Of a stretch of DNA of 64,000 nucleotides, positions 1-12,892 are shown in pieces. Numbering within the stretch: position 1 is the first letter of the stretch; every line of letters starts with the position of its first letter. This DNA is from Trichosphaerium sp. ATCC 40318 (Eukaryota; Protista; Tubulinea). A program made the position numbers and the translations under genes. The notes under the pieces were generated by a model. It saw nothing but the letters and a program-made list of their open reading frames with translations, was not told the origin of the DNA and ran no database searches. The stretch spans positions 186,001-250,000 of the forward strand of contig JALMLS010000556.1 in assembly GCA_038496445.1 (NCBI GenBank). The letters are read 5' to 3'.

Positions 1-664
1 ACTTTTACGGTACTCCAGTACACATACTTACGTAGGTGCTGCTGATCAGATCTCAAACGCGCCACTGGCGATTGTGTTATTGTTTTTGTTGCTTTTTGCT
101 AGCAACGTGTTAAAAAACCCAATTTACCTTCTAATTGGTACTTACGTGCCAATGAGTTACTGCTTTCGTTGTTTGTTGGCAAGATTCCAAGGTGTCAGTT
201 AAAGGAAGTATCTCTTCTTTCAATTGTGGTATATAGCGCATAGGTTGCCTATTACTATACTGTTGCTGTTGTTGAAGTGGATAAAGTTCCAAGGACTCAT
301 TTTGGTCTATACTTGAGTAGTTGAACGACATGGTAACCAACGGTTGTGGTGTTGAATGTCAACGTGGCTTTAAGTGCTGAAACTCGTTAAAACAATTCAG
401 AGAACTGACAACCAGTTGATCTGTAAGTGAAAGAAACGAGGCTCTAGACAAGATTGAAATCAATGTTTTTTGATACATACAAAATAAAGTTGTTGGTTTT
501 TCAAATAAACTATTGCAGTGCGTTTCGTTACTCTTTGTACTAATGCAAAAGGGTACGAAATACTCTTTTTTTTTATGTGTTACATACATAGTTTTGATTG
601 ATGATAACCTTCGAAAATGTCTTCGTTTATTTTTTTTTTCGGTTTTCAAAATTCCAAAATAAAA

Positions 665-2077
665 TCAATGCAACTTTGCTCTATTTTGTTCTTCTTGTTC
701 AGCAGCTTGAGCAGCACGCTTTTGTTTGCGTCTGTAATATTTGACATCAGTGCCAAATACATAATCCCATATTTTAAAGGTTGAAGCAAAATTGCCAGTC
801 TAAAAGTGTCGTGTAAGCTCAAAAAAATAAAGTGTATCTCAAAGAAGTTACGATTTTTCTTTTGAAGTTAGATACGTACAAAAGTTTCGTGATGGTAGTC
901 ATGGTACTCAGCACCTGCCCACAATGGGAAGATTTGACTTGGAGCCCATGGAAATTCGTATCCACAGTGAGCTTCAACAGTTTGATACAAACGGAAGAAC
1001 AACCAAACCTAAAAAACCCGAGGTTAGTACAACGTATGAAAGGCCGTTAAATTCTTTAAAAGGGCGTGGCAAATGTCTACACACTAGTAACTTACCCACA
1101 AAGCGAACATGTGACGGCAAAATAGCAAAGGTCCAAGAATAGTGCCCATGCCAAGGAAAATGACTTCAACAAAATGAGCGTACTCAGCGGCCATACCAAA
1201 AGGTGCTATAATTCATTAGTACTGGAGTTACTTTAGAAAGCGATAAGGAGAGGAACCGGTACATAAGTAAGCCCGGTCCACGCTAAAAACTTTCAAAAAG
1301 ACTTTGGTTGATTGCCTCTGTTGAGAGGTGAAGGCGTGCAGCGAAGAGACTTGTATTCTGTACCTGCATGTTCGTGGTGTATTTTATGAATGTATTGATA
1401 CCAGAAACCAGCATGTAACAGGCGATGTACCCAGTAGAAATAAAAATCTTCGACTATGAAGCATCCTACAACCATAGCAGCGAGCGTTGATCTATATAAT
1501 AAAGACGTGAGTAGCTTTTAAATAAAATGATTGTCGGTTCAAAACAAAAGGCGCATGTCCCGAAAACGGAGGGTGAGCGACACGGGAGGCTTGTTTTGGT
1601 GCTAAGTTGGGACTTACACTGGTGGAAGTGGTAGACCTGCACGCATCCCAAGCATTTTTAAGAAAAAATGGCCTCCTCCGATTAGAATAGGTTCAATTAC
1701 GAAATGATTAAATACTACGCCACGGAAACAATTCATATGTACTGCTGACGTATTCAGTTTGTTCTATTGTACCGTAACTTGGTTAGTTTCGAAAAAACAA
1801 AAGCAAGTCGTAAAAAGTGAGAACGAGCGTAAAAAAAAGCGTGAATACCTTTTGGACCTTGTATTTTTGCATTGATGGCATTTGTTCAGCAATGTAGAAT
1901 GGAATATACCTAGTTTAGTGTTAAAGATACAATATTGTGCGCCATTAGCAGTTTATCGTACCAACCAAAGTAAAATAGCTCATGTAAGAGCAATGTGCCA
2001 CAAATTGACAATAAATCTTCGTTTACGTTATCTAGCAACCATGAGTATGTTTCCTCAACAACTGGTATTCCAGCCAT
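665..2077 (-). CDS. ERG25: Methylsterol monooxygenase (sterol C4-methyl oxidase, fatty acid hydroxylase superfamily), about 7 exons
   Basis: Spliced translation: MAGIPVVEETYSWLLDN..HELFYFGW|YIPF..KYKVQK|..EDFYFYWVHRLLH..IHKIHHEHA|APFGMAAEYAHFVE..|..EAHCGYEFPW..GAEYHDYHHETF|TGNFASTFKIWDYVFGTD. All three His boxes are present. There is one apparent -1 frameshift in an A-run near 1655. Confidence 0.92.
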
Positions 2078-2176
2078 GTTTGCAAGGTAGTTTTTACGAG
2101 GACTTGAGTCGAGGAGTGTTCAAAATTCAGTCTTTTACGACGCTTTTTTGTCATCTTTCTGCTGGTACTTTCTACA

Positions 2177-5100
2177 ATGTACGACTGGAAGGATGTTATT
2201 GCGGGGATTATTGTAGACACCTTAGATTGGGTTTCCACCAACGTATTTTCGTCATGGACCCGCGTTTTTACAATTGTAGTCTCTATTGTTGTGATCTACA
2301 TCCTTAAAGCGCTCGCAGGTAACGTTACCAATATTTTGCGCATTTTCTTACAGCGTTCTCATTAGGAAGCTCGTGGACAAAGAGATATGCCGGTGAGAAG
2401 GTATTAAAACCTAGTTATGGCTGTTTTAACCAATGATTAGATATCTTGTGATGACGCTAAAAGTTTCACTCCTCACTTCAAGGTACGCAAATTACAAAAG
2501 ACGCAGTGTACGTACTAACATGCATTAAAGGGGAAGCGCATTGCTTGCTCAAATCCGGCTACAAGCAAAGACATTGGTGAAGATTTCGCTCCTGACAGCG
2601 ACGAGGTGGGTATTAGCTAACTTACCGTATTTGGCAAAAACTTGTCTCCAAAACAAAAGTAGCAGACTTCCGTTTGCTTCTCTATTGTAAAAACGCTTGT
2701 TTAGGACGCTGTCCCTTTTACTAATTTTTTTTTCGATACACTACCACTCAATCATGTCACTAACAGTTTGAATAGCTAGACCAATGTGTGAAAAATGCTA
2801 TGAAGGCACAGAAAGAGTTTGCCAAAACATCCTATGAAGAGGTGAGTCAAAAGAAATAAAAATTACACGCTCATTTTTTTTGTAATGTTTTGCTCACTTT
2901 TGTCTCTAGAGAAAAGCTATCCTTCTAGATCTTCTTGATATGGTCATTGAAAACCAAGATGATATTATTAAGATGTCACAACAAGATACAGGCAAAACAT
3001 GTATGTTTAAACGCTGTAAAACAAACAACTGCGCATCTCGATTTAGACATTTTATTTTTTTGATTTTCCTGCTTTGGAACCAATTTCTTCGCCTTGTAAA
3101 ACTTTGATTCTGCTTCCTATGTACCGTAGAAACTAAGAACCTCGTTTAGATTTTGAGGCACTATCCGGTGAGATTCTTATTACTTGTGAAAAGATCAGAT
3201 ACACAGTAAACAACGGTGAAGATATCTTGAAAGACGACTACAGAAAAGTACCAGCTTTAATGGGCCATAAAATTGGTAAATGCACATACCACCCATTGGG
3301 AGTAATCTTGGCTATCATTCCATGGGTACATAAACTATTAACCAATTGGTAAACCAGTTGACACGGACACCAATTTTTTTAAAGACTTTTTCAGCTTCTT
3401 GTTCATTCAGTCGCTTTTTCGCTTTCCAGAGAACTCTACTTTCTGATTTTTTTGCGTGTTTGTTCAATGACAACTCATAGGTTTTAAACCTTGACGAATT
3501 ACCAAGTGTAGAGTGCTTACTTTTTTTAGAACTATCCTTTCCATAATTGCTTTTCTCCTGTCATTTCATCATTGTTCTGCGGAAATGCTACTCTAGTTAA
3601 GCTTTCTGAATGCGCTACAAATTGCCGTAGATACTACCAACGCTTGGTTCAACGCGTTCTTGAACGTCGTGGACATGATCCAAACCTCGTTCAATTCTTA
3701 CCAGGGTACGTCATCAAAATAAAATCCTTTTAAACTTTTTACTGTTACAACAAACAAATTATTAACAATTTCGCTTAGTTATGGAGATACTGGTGCTGCC
3801 CTTGTAAATCACCCTGGTGTTAACAAAATCATATTTATTGGTTCACCTGGTGTTGGAAAGAAGGTCATGATTGTAAGTACTTGAACAAAAAAGAAAATCC
3901 AAAATCGTTAGTTTCTGATTTACTCACTTTCCTTCATAGAATGCTGCAGAAAATTTGACAGATGTCATCCTTGAACTTGGTGGTAAGGATCCTTGCATCA
4001 TCCTAGATGACGCTCGTCTCGATATTGCAGTAGATCTTGCTCTTCGTGTAAGTATATATTCAGTTTGCGTACATTACCTTTAAATCTTACTTCTTTTTAT
4101 TAGGGTAATTTCTGGAACTGTGGTCAAAATTGTATTGCTATTGAACGTATCTACGTTCAACGTAATATTCATGATAAGTTCTTAAAGAAGATTCTAGATA
4201 AATTAGCTGTACTCAAGCAAGGCAAGCACAAGATTGTTTTACTCCTTTTGTTGCAACAAGAAAAAAAGATGTGAAATCTAATGTTAATTGTAGGTTTCTC
4301 ACTTGAACACCACGATCAAGTATTCGGTTCCATGACTATGCCACCTCAATTAGAGAAAGTACAACGTATGGTCCAAGGTGCAGTCGATGAAGGTGCCAAA
4401 ATTGCCCACGGTGGTTACCACGATAAGGCTAAAGGTAAAACTACTTCGCTTGCAACTTTTCCATCTAAACTTTTCTTGTTAAGGCGGTCTCTACTTTGTA
4501 CCTACTGTACTAACTGGTGTTACTCGCGATATGCATATCCATAACGAAGAAGTATTCGGACCTGTTATGCTTATTGTTCCTTTCGATAAGGATGAAGAAG
4601 CAATCGAATTGGTACAACTACACCGCACCTTTTGTTCTGTCTTTTTGTACTTTCTTCTTACTTTATTCTACAGGCAAACTCAACAGCTTACGGTCTATGT
4701 TGCTCTGTATTGGGTAGCCTTTCAAGAGCTGAAAGGATAGCCAAGGAGGTTATCAGCGGTATGGTAGTCATTAACGATTTTGGTCTTCCATATTTGTTGC
4801 AAGATATGCCTTTTGGTGGTGCCAAGGTAAATTGTTTATCCTATGTTTCTTCTAGCTCTATTAAAACTGTTCCTGTTTACCCTCATGTACTAATATGGCT
4901 CTTATAGATGTCTGGATTTGGACGATTCAATGGACCTGAAGGTCTTAAAGGATTATGTCGCCTTCAAACTGTTTGTACTGAGCGCTGGTTTGTTAAATTT
5001 TTCCCTGATGAGTTTATCACTCCTGCTTTCATGAGGTACCCCTTTTGACTCTTTTTTTGTTATTATTTTATAATTAGCATCTACTGCTACTGGTAAAAAC

Positions 5101-5483
5101 TGCCTTGTTAAACAGCATAATTAAACTAAACAAGAAAAACAAGAACTTTTTTGTTCAAAACTATTTCCTTTCGCCTTCGTTTTGGGTATGTGGTTAAAAT
5201 ATTAGACTAAGAACACTATAAAAATTTCTTAAAACGTCTTTTATCACCATACCATCAACTTATAAGTCCTCAGTATTCGTGCATTTCCATACTTAAAACT
5301 TTTACCTTTTTCCTCTTTTTTTCTTTTTTTGTTGTTAATGTTTTTTTGCATAGATATCCTCAAGGAAAACAAAGTGTTTCTATAATGACAGGCGCAATAA
5401 GAATGATTTATGGATTTTCATGGACTACACGTATTTCAAGTGTTTTCAGTATAATTAAGGCGTTCATTTTTGAAAAAAATTAA
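2177..5483 (+). CDS. MSC7: Membrane-anchored aldehyde dehydrogenase, MSC7/ALDH22-like, many exons
   Basis: N-terminal hydrophobic anchor, then GEILITCEKI, PLGVILAIIPW|NYPFHN, FIGSPGVG, LELGGKD, catalytic GQNC, EEVFGP and MPFGGAK|MSGFGR. A GC-AG intron lies near 4221, and there is a likely homopolymer frameshift near 2307. Confidence 0.9.
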
Positions 5484-5852
5484 AAAGCTCATCGATAAAA
5501 ATAAATAACAAAACAAAAAATGCAAAAGGTTTTCGTCGTGCTCTTTTACATGCTATTGTACCAAGTCATTGTCAGCATTGTACCAAATTTTATGAGTGTA
5601 TTTTAGCATGAATTCATCGAGCAGTTGTTGCAAGCCTTTAAGCACGTACACCGTACCTTTCAGCGTAGGTAGGATTTAATAGATTTGTGCTTTACCTCAT
5701 AGAAGAGAAAGCGGTACTTGTACGTGCGCCATACATTTACGAATTGACTGTGAAGACAAGGCGTTTTGATCAGGCCAAAACCAGATTTTGTCGACCAAAA
5801 ACTTTCTCCGTATCTGGAAAACGTGCAAAAGCAACTTCATCCCGTGAACACC

Positions 5853-6672
5853 ATGGCAGCTATTTTGATTATCCTCGGGTCTGCAGCACTAACTCCATGG
5901 GTAGTTGCAAGCGTCCGTGAGCACAAAGCAAGTACGTTCTGTACATTAACATACAAACCACTTCCAAGCCTTCTTAACGCGTTGTTCTTGCAGGAAAGAT
6001 TGCTAACGGAAAGGTTGCCATATTACACAAAGGAACTCTTGACATTACCGTCGACAATGGGCGTAAACTATCCAACAAACTAACAAAGAACCCACGGAAC
6101 TTTGTTAAAGTTAAAGTATGGGATACAATTAGTGAAAGTGAACCGAAAAAAACAACAAAAACAACGAATGTTCAGCAATATGGTGCACGAAACTAGAGCC
6201 TATACATATAAAAGCACAAAGGTCAACCATTGTTCGTGGAATTCAAGATACGAAGAAAGAGATGTAGTGGTACGAGCAAGACAGTTGGAAAAGCGATTGT
6301 AAATATACACCGATTCGATGATTTGAGCGATGCTTTTGATGGGAGCTTCGATCTTAAGTTACACTCTACTCATTATGGAAGTGTCAAGCGTCCTGTACTA
6401 CGTGTCAAGATGGAATATACACCTGAAGGTATAATCAGAGAAGGAGATAGTTTAGTATCTAAGAAGCACGTTGATGTTAGGTACGAAAACAAAACGATTA
6501 ACAGTTTCTTGTATTCTTATTGTTTTTTTTTTGTTCATGTCGGTTAACCTTTCCACTTTCTTGCAGTATGCATGATGAGCATTCAGAAGAAGATCTAAAG
6601 GACAGTAATATAACTCAAGCTACCGTTGTACTGTACAGATTAAAATACAATCATCGATTTTTAAGTATGTGA
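5853..6672 (+). CDS. N-terminally anchored C2-domain-like protein
   Basis: Hydrophobic N-terminus MAAILIILGSAAL, then GTLDITVDNGRKL..NFVKVKVW..LFVEFKIRR..VGKAIVNI..VLRVKMEY, which is a C2 strand pattern. The model needs two compensating frameshifts in A-runs (about 6150 and 6212). Confidence 0.55.
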
Positions 6673-6879
6673 ATTTTAGCAAGGATTCGTTGACTGTTTA
6701 ATTTAATAATTATGTTATCGTAATAAGTTGTTTTTGGGAATGCGTACAATTTAAGATAGTGCACATTTCGTGATTGCAACAAGTGATTTATTTAACATAC
6801 AGTACACTTACATTTCGAGCACATTAATGTGCTTGCAAATGATTTAAACTGTTCGGCAAGTACCAATTCACCACAGGTA

Positions 6880-7797
6880 TTAGTCAACTTGACATATTTC
6901 ATCTTGTTCATTTGTAGTTATCCACATGCTTCCAAATCCCCCATCTCCAGGAATCCCTACAATTTGTGCTTTTGTATGAGGTCTCTCTTCAGGATTCTTA
7001 TCATGCATATACTCAAAATAATTGCTCCACCCTCGAAGAGTAGCTACTTTATCATTGTAATAGGGTTCTTCTAGAATCCAAGGAAACAGCTCTTTATAGG
7101 TAGAATAGAACTCTTTACCTTTGTCCACCATGGCTTGATTGTAAGAACTGAAAATAAGACAGCCAAGAGGTTTGTGACCAAATAAATTTAGGCACGTTTT
7201 ATCCTTTATGTCTGATGCCTTAGTATCATCAGTGGCGTTACAGACAACAGTTATTTCAGCGAAAGTCTCTTGTGGCGTGCCATCATCTGTTCCTTTCATC
7301 ATCAACAGCTTAAGTATTGAAAAGTGTCTTTTTTTCTTCCTTCTTGCTTCTGTATTCACTCTACTTGCTTCCCTTAGATAAGGACCCCATTCTGTCAGAC
7401 ATGATTGATCACATGCTAGCACAGATAACTCCTTATTGCTATTTAGAAGAGAGATAATTGATTCTAAATTGTTTTTGTTGAATATTGTTTTGACACGTTT
7501 ATTATCGTTGTATTTATCTATCATGTCCTTAGGCATCTTGGTGGTATCAACGTCCTCATTGTGAAGATGGAAATAGTCAAGTATGATGTCACGAAGTGAC
7601 GGAAAGTTAGAAGCTGTTATTTTTTGTATGTAAACCACTTGGTTTATCTGTTTCAGGCGAGATATTAGTTTTACGCCGTTTTTGAACTCTTCATGTCCTA
7701 GCTCGTCTTTCGCTGTAGCGACAACCCAAAATTGCGGTCTTGCGATGTAATCCATTGAAACGTGAACAAGTTGTACTTTTCTCACAAATTTAAACAC
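6880..7797 (-). CDS. Intronless hypothetical protein (about 290-305 aa)
   Basis: A long open frame with globular composition in AT-rich DNA; no confident motif. Confidence 0.65.
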   Translation of the reverse strand: MFKFVRKVQLVHVSMDYIARPQFWVVATAKDELGHEEFKNGVKLISRLKQINQVVYIQKITASNFPSLRDIILDYFHLHNEDVDTTKMPKDMIDKYNDNKRVKTIFNKNNLESIISLLNSNKELSVLACDQSCLTEWGPYLREASRVNTEARRKKKRHFSILKLLMMKGTDDGTPQETFAEITVVCNATDDTKASDIKDKTCLNLFGHKPLGCLIFSSYNQAMVDKGKEFYSTYKELFPWILEEPYYNDKVATLRGWSNYFEYMHDKNPEERPHTKAQIVGIPGDGGFGSMWITTNEQDEICQVD

Positions 7798-8081
7798 TTA
7801 ATGCCAGCGATGAAATGAACACACAAAGGTGAACCCATAACTGTCTTCGTTGCGCAAAAATAACAATGTTTGTCTTAAAAACTATTCAAACCCGCTCCCG
7901 CTATCACTCAATCGCAGTTTCACTGATATATTAGCGCGTAAGCGAGTTTAGATGCTTATTGCGTGATTTGAGTAACTTCAAAAATAGCGTCAAAAAGTCG
8001 CAAACTTGACGGAATGCGACAAAAATAAATTCTGAGTTCACTACCTTTATTTAATAGTAACAATGGTTTGTGCAGCATAAA

Positions 8082-8945
8082 ATGAAAGCAAGTAATCGAC
8101 ACAGCGCTTTAGCGAGAAGCGCATTTCATAATTACGCTTCGGGGCTTACCGCTGGTATGGTATCTGCCCTTAGCGGCTATCCGCTCGATGTTTTACGAGT
8201 AAGTCGTAATTTAGCGCTTTATTTTAAACAAACGCTATAATATTACGTTGTAATACCTCTACAGGTTCGTTTCCTCTTTGACACACCACGACGAAACCTT
8301 TTTAATGGCGCTACATTCACTATTTGCCATCAACTAGTAAAAGCAGGTCTTGTATGGCCTATACAGAGGAGTATTGAAGACGAATTAAAGAAATACCCAA
8401 GTCTACCTTTTCAAGCGGTTATATCAGGAAGTATTGGTTCTGTAGTCCCTTCTGTGCTACTGAACCCACTTAATGTCATAAAAGTACGATATATGGAGTC
8501 TCACGTGCCTTTAAAGTTTAATGGAATTTGGAAATCCTTAATTGAAAAAGAAGGCTTAAAATGGCTTACACGTGGTATGCAAGTAACAGTTGTACGAGAC
8601 TTGGTTTGGGGTGCTGTATACTTTCCAACGTATGAGTACTTGAGCAAAATGTTACAAGATAATGAAGATTCATCATATTGGATGTCAAAGGTCACTTCTA
8701 TGGCTTGTTCTGCTGCTTTTGCTACAGCACTTGCTTCTGGTATAGATGCAGTAAGATTGCTACAAATGAGAGCACCAAAGAAATGTGGAAATTATATATC
8801 TCTATGGCCTGCTATACAAGCAGCAAATAGACCTTCTATGAGAAACTTAAGAGCAACATTTATTGGTGTTCTTCGTGTTACTCTTACAACTGTATTGAGT
8901 CATTTGACCTATTTGAAGCTTATGCAACTAGCTCCAAAAGATTAA
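8082..8945 (+). CDS. Mitochondrial carrier family (SLC25) protein, 1 intron
   Basis: Signature motifs YPLDVLR|VR and NPLNVIKVR; the third is degenerate (SGIDAVRLLQ). Also GLKWLTRG..RDLVWGAVYFPTYE. Confidence 0.88.
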
Positions 8946-9209
8946 TATTTATTAATGGTATAATAAAACAAATGGTATACAAAAAAAACAGTAGATATTA
9001 TAAATAGCTATACAATTGCCGTCAATACAACCAACACAACTTTACACTTAACAAAAGTGTTGTAGACTATCCTGTCTAATAAATACGTTCGGGGTATTAC
9101 ATTCCGCGAGCGACATTTGGGTCAGCGAACCCATAATAGTTTTTTTTTGTACTTTGGGCTGATTAAGTAACCTCCAGCTGGCTTATACTATTTTGGTTGT
9201 TAATGCGCT

Positions 9210-11372
9210 GTGTTGATGAAATTAGGTGTGTATGGAACTCACAAGCATACAAAAACGCGCGTTAAGCCGTCTTTCTGGCTGAACGTTGAAAAACAAAGCC
9301 AAAAATTACATAGTATTGCTAAAACGCTTCGGTTGAAGACGTTAGATGGTTGGTACGGCGTAGACAAGCAAACTGTAATTGAACAGGGAGGTGTGAGTAT
9401 ATTGTACGTGAAAACTTGGTTATGTATTGGCAATACAGAGTTAACGCGTATTTAGAGCGATTTATGGTAATTCTCTATCACGTTGTCTTGAAAATGTTTT
9501 TGACACGTACGAATGGGTAAACTGGCGATTCAAGTGCGTTGTGGCATCATGTGTCAATATTTTGAAACGTTTTCGTTTAAAAGTGCTTAAACCGTCTCAG
9601 CTCTGTACAACAAAACTACTGGCACAGTATCGAAAACCAACGAGAACTTTTTAATGATATTGGAAAGTCATTAAGCATAAAAACGGAGGATTGTTGGAAC
9701 ATTTCACTAAAAGATGCTATAGTGAACAGAGGCGCAGGTGGTATTATCATGTACGACAACAAACATCTTTTTTCTATTAGAATATATGATTCTTGTTCTC
9801 TTTAAAGCACAAATAAACGAGTTTTTTTACTTTGTTGTAAATATTTTTATAGGGGTAAATATAACGGTTCTTTGTCAAAATGCTTGACTACTCTTTACCC
9901 TAAGTATCTGAATAATGATGATGATGACATAGGAAGTAGTAAGAATCTATTTTTCTTGTTTTATTCTCATTTACAAGTAATGCTGATGCTGTTTAGGTAT
10001 GTTAACTACAAAGCCAAAAAAATCTATTCAAAATCAAAGACGTGTTCTAAATGTATGTGCAAAGCAATTAAATATCAAAACGCTAGAAGGGTGGTATAGT
10101 GTGTCAAAAACTTCAATGCCTAAGTTTTCGGGTAAAATGATTAAGAGGTACGACGAAATAACAGAAATCTCATGTATTTGTTAACAAGTTTCTCTGAGAT
10201 GACCTTTAGTTTTTTTTTGTCTGAACTTCGCTGACCTCCGTTTAGTTGTGATGATAGTCTACAAAACTTAGTAATGTCAACATATCCTATGTATGATTGG
10301 CAACCACATTTATTTAATGAACGTGGATTCTGGAACCATGAAGAGAACCAAAAGGATTTTCTATTAAAGGTTCAAAGTGAATTTAATATTTCGAACCCAG
10401 AAGAATGGTTCGCGTGAGGTTTGATCTTTTTTATGACTAATGTCTTCAACGTAGGTACAATGTACCTTTTAGTAAGATATCCAAAAATGGAGGTTCTTCT
10501 CTTCGTCAGTATTGGCCTTGGATGCTAAAACAACTTGATCCAAAATTCAGATGGGAATGGAGAAAGTTTTTCCGTTTTGGGAAAACAACAAAACAAAAGT
10601 AAGTATTGCTTCTGCTCTATCCCACACTCCATCCTTCTTTTCATCTCTTACTCTTTATAAAATCAAAGCTGTCTCAAGTTAATACATACATAACAACACT
10701 GTTTTAGTAGAGAGAAGAACAAGTTGCTATTTTTTTTCTTATTTAACTTTTTTTTTCTTTCTTTAGTGCTATTTCAGAATTACTGCAAAAGATTCTACCC
10801 GCCACGGAAATACTTCAAGAGCATACACTAGGTATTAGTAAGAGTACTAGTAACATCTTGACTGTTGATATATTTATTCCGCAATACAATCTCGCTATTG
10901 AATACCAAGGTACTCAGTTGTGTTTTATTTTTTTGGGTACTATGTTTACCTGCTTTAAAATAGGAGAACAACACTACTATGACTTTTGTTTTCGTGGGAA
11001 TATTGTTACAACACAGCAATGTAGAGATAATGAGAAAGCACAATACTGTTCAGAGCGAGGTAATGTTGTTTTTTGGTGTAAAAGTTTGGAGCAACTATTT
11101 ACACTTTCTTGTTTATTTGTTGTTAATTCTTCCTGACACGTGCTTAAGGTATTATTCTTTTGTCAATACCGTATTGGTGGCCTATAGATCGCGATACATT
11201 ATCAACATCCATAAAAAAAGTAGCACCACACGTGCCAATCGAACAACAAGTTGCTGGTGAAGAAACGATTGTTTCTTTCTTAAATGACAGCAATTATGAC
11301 CGTGATACTGGTAGTATTGTATTAATGGGTCCGTTATCGGACCCACCTGTAATGAAAGATCAAATAATGTAA
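9210..11372 (+). CDS. Protein with four ~70-aa W-rich helical repeats and a C-terminal PD-(D/E)XK nuclease-like domain; about 10 exons, start uncertain
   Basis: Repeats: FWLNVEKQ..DGWYGV..GG..YGNSL..YEWVNWRF; YWHSIENQRELF..; SIQNQRRVL..EGWYSVS; FWNHEENQKDFL..EEWYNV..GG. Tail: LTVDIFIPQYNLAIEYQG|EQHY..RDNEKAQYCSER|GIILLSIPYWW. Confidence 0.8.
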
Positions 11373-11717
11373 AATAAATGCTCAATAGCCAGATAATCTG
11401 TTGTCGCCAAAAATCATTCTCAAGCTGTTGCTGGAACTACAGATTCTAGTTCATGCAACTCCGAAACAGTAGTATTTACATAAACTCGTAGTGTATGTAG
11501 ATCTCCAACAAAGCATGTGGGGGTTAAGGAAATGTTTACAAGAAAACGTGCACGTTTTTAACATCCAGTCCACCAAAGAACTACGAAATGCGACAGTATA
11601 ACTCTTCCTGATTCTGGCAGGTACAACATTACTAGTATAAAATGGCTTTATTTGTTGAAACAATAGAACATAGCTAACACCTTTTACATTGATAAGGATA
11701 ATACTAAATTCTTTTCT

Positions 11718-12892
11718 TTATAAAACCCAACCGATTGATGAAGCACGGCATCCTACTAAAGTGTTTACACATTCAATTGTCACCGCTGTGCGATTTACAA
11801 CTATTTTGCGCACTCCTTTCAAGGCTTTGATTCCATCATTTGTAACACTTGTACCAGACAAATCAATTGTATGGACACCAACAAGTGCTTTGACACCTTC
11901 ATCTGTAACTTTTGTGTCACTGATATTTATGCTGTGAACGCCTTTGAGTGCCTTGACACCTTCATCTGTAACTTTTGTGTAACTGATATTTATGCTGTGA
12001 ACACCAGCGAGTGCCTTGACACCTTCGTCTGTAACTTTTGTATTACTGATATTTATGCTGTGAACACCAGCTAGTGCCTTGATACCTTCATCTGTAATGC
12101 GGGTATTGCCAATATCTATAGCATAAACACCAGCAAGATGTTTAATACCCTCGTCAGTCATTAAATTTGATCCCAAGTCTATGGAATGCACTCCAGCGAG
12201 TGACTTTAAATTGTTATCTGTTATGGCACCATTTGTAGAAATGTACATTTTGTGGACACCTGCAAGATACTTGATACATTCACATGTTATAAATGGTGTA
12301 AATCTAAGATCTATAGTATGTACACCAGCAAGATGTTTGATTCCCTCATCAGTTATGTTAGTTCCTACTAGGTTTATGGTATGTACTCCAGCAAGAGATT
12401 TAACGTTGTCAGCTGTTAATGTTCTACATCCACTAAGGTCAACAGTATGAATTCCAGCAAATTGTTTAATGTGTTCCGCTTTCAATTTAGATGGACAAGC
12501 ATAAATAGAACGGATATTCTTTAACTTTGTGATATCAAACTTCTTTGGGACTTTCCATGTTGTCAAATCTTCAACGTCTTTAAGATATTTAATATCACGG
12601 TGATTGAATTTGTATGTCAATACAATACTTTCTGTTTTAATCAGCCCTCTGTATTTTTTATAGAGTTTAAAGAGTTCCTTTCTTGATTTGATTTCAATAT
12701 TTCTTCTTTTTCCCCTGTAATCCAAATGATTGATAATAATTGTGCCATGTATTTAGAAGTGTGTACTACTGAATGCATTGATGTACTTGAAACGAATTTG
12801 AGAATATGAACGGTAACTTCTGGAGGTATTTCATCAAAGAATGCGGTTCTTCTATTCATTTTGTTGAAAGATTTGAGTGTAGTACTTTCCAT
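11718..12892 (-). CDS. Intronless F-box + 22-aa LRR protein, copy A (1-nt frameshift near 12740)
   Basis: F-box-like FFDEIPPEVTVHILKFVS, followed by about 10 repeats of LAGVH[ST]I[DN]xxxTxVTDEG[IV]K[AH]. Close paralog of 27106-28098, which has CAAATT where this copy has CAATT. Confidence 0.85.
11860..12100 (-). repeat. 66-bp coding tandem repeat (LRR units, near-identical)
   Basis: Repeated gtgccttgacaccttcatctgtaacttttgtg..actgatatttatgctgtgaac at 66-nt spacing. Confidence 0.9.

Noticed and set aside
832-1142. Plus-strand ORFs of 72 aa (and similar short ORFs at 1882-2307, 11871-12450, 27298-27846, 52048-52384)
   Set aside because: They are antisense or alternate-frame shadows of real genes (ERG25, LRR repeats, basic-tail ORF).
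6140-6215. In-frame TAG and TAA in the C2-like gene, suggesting stop-codon reassignment
   Set aside because: Two compensating indels in A-runs give a better C2-like reading (NECSAIWCTKLEPIHIK). Conserved genes in the window end normally in TAA, TAG or TGA and contain no internal stops.
11860-12100. Regularly spaced repeats resembling a CRISPR array
   Set aside because: They are in-frame 66-bp LRR coding units without unique spacers, and there are no cas genes in this eukaryotic context.
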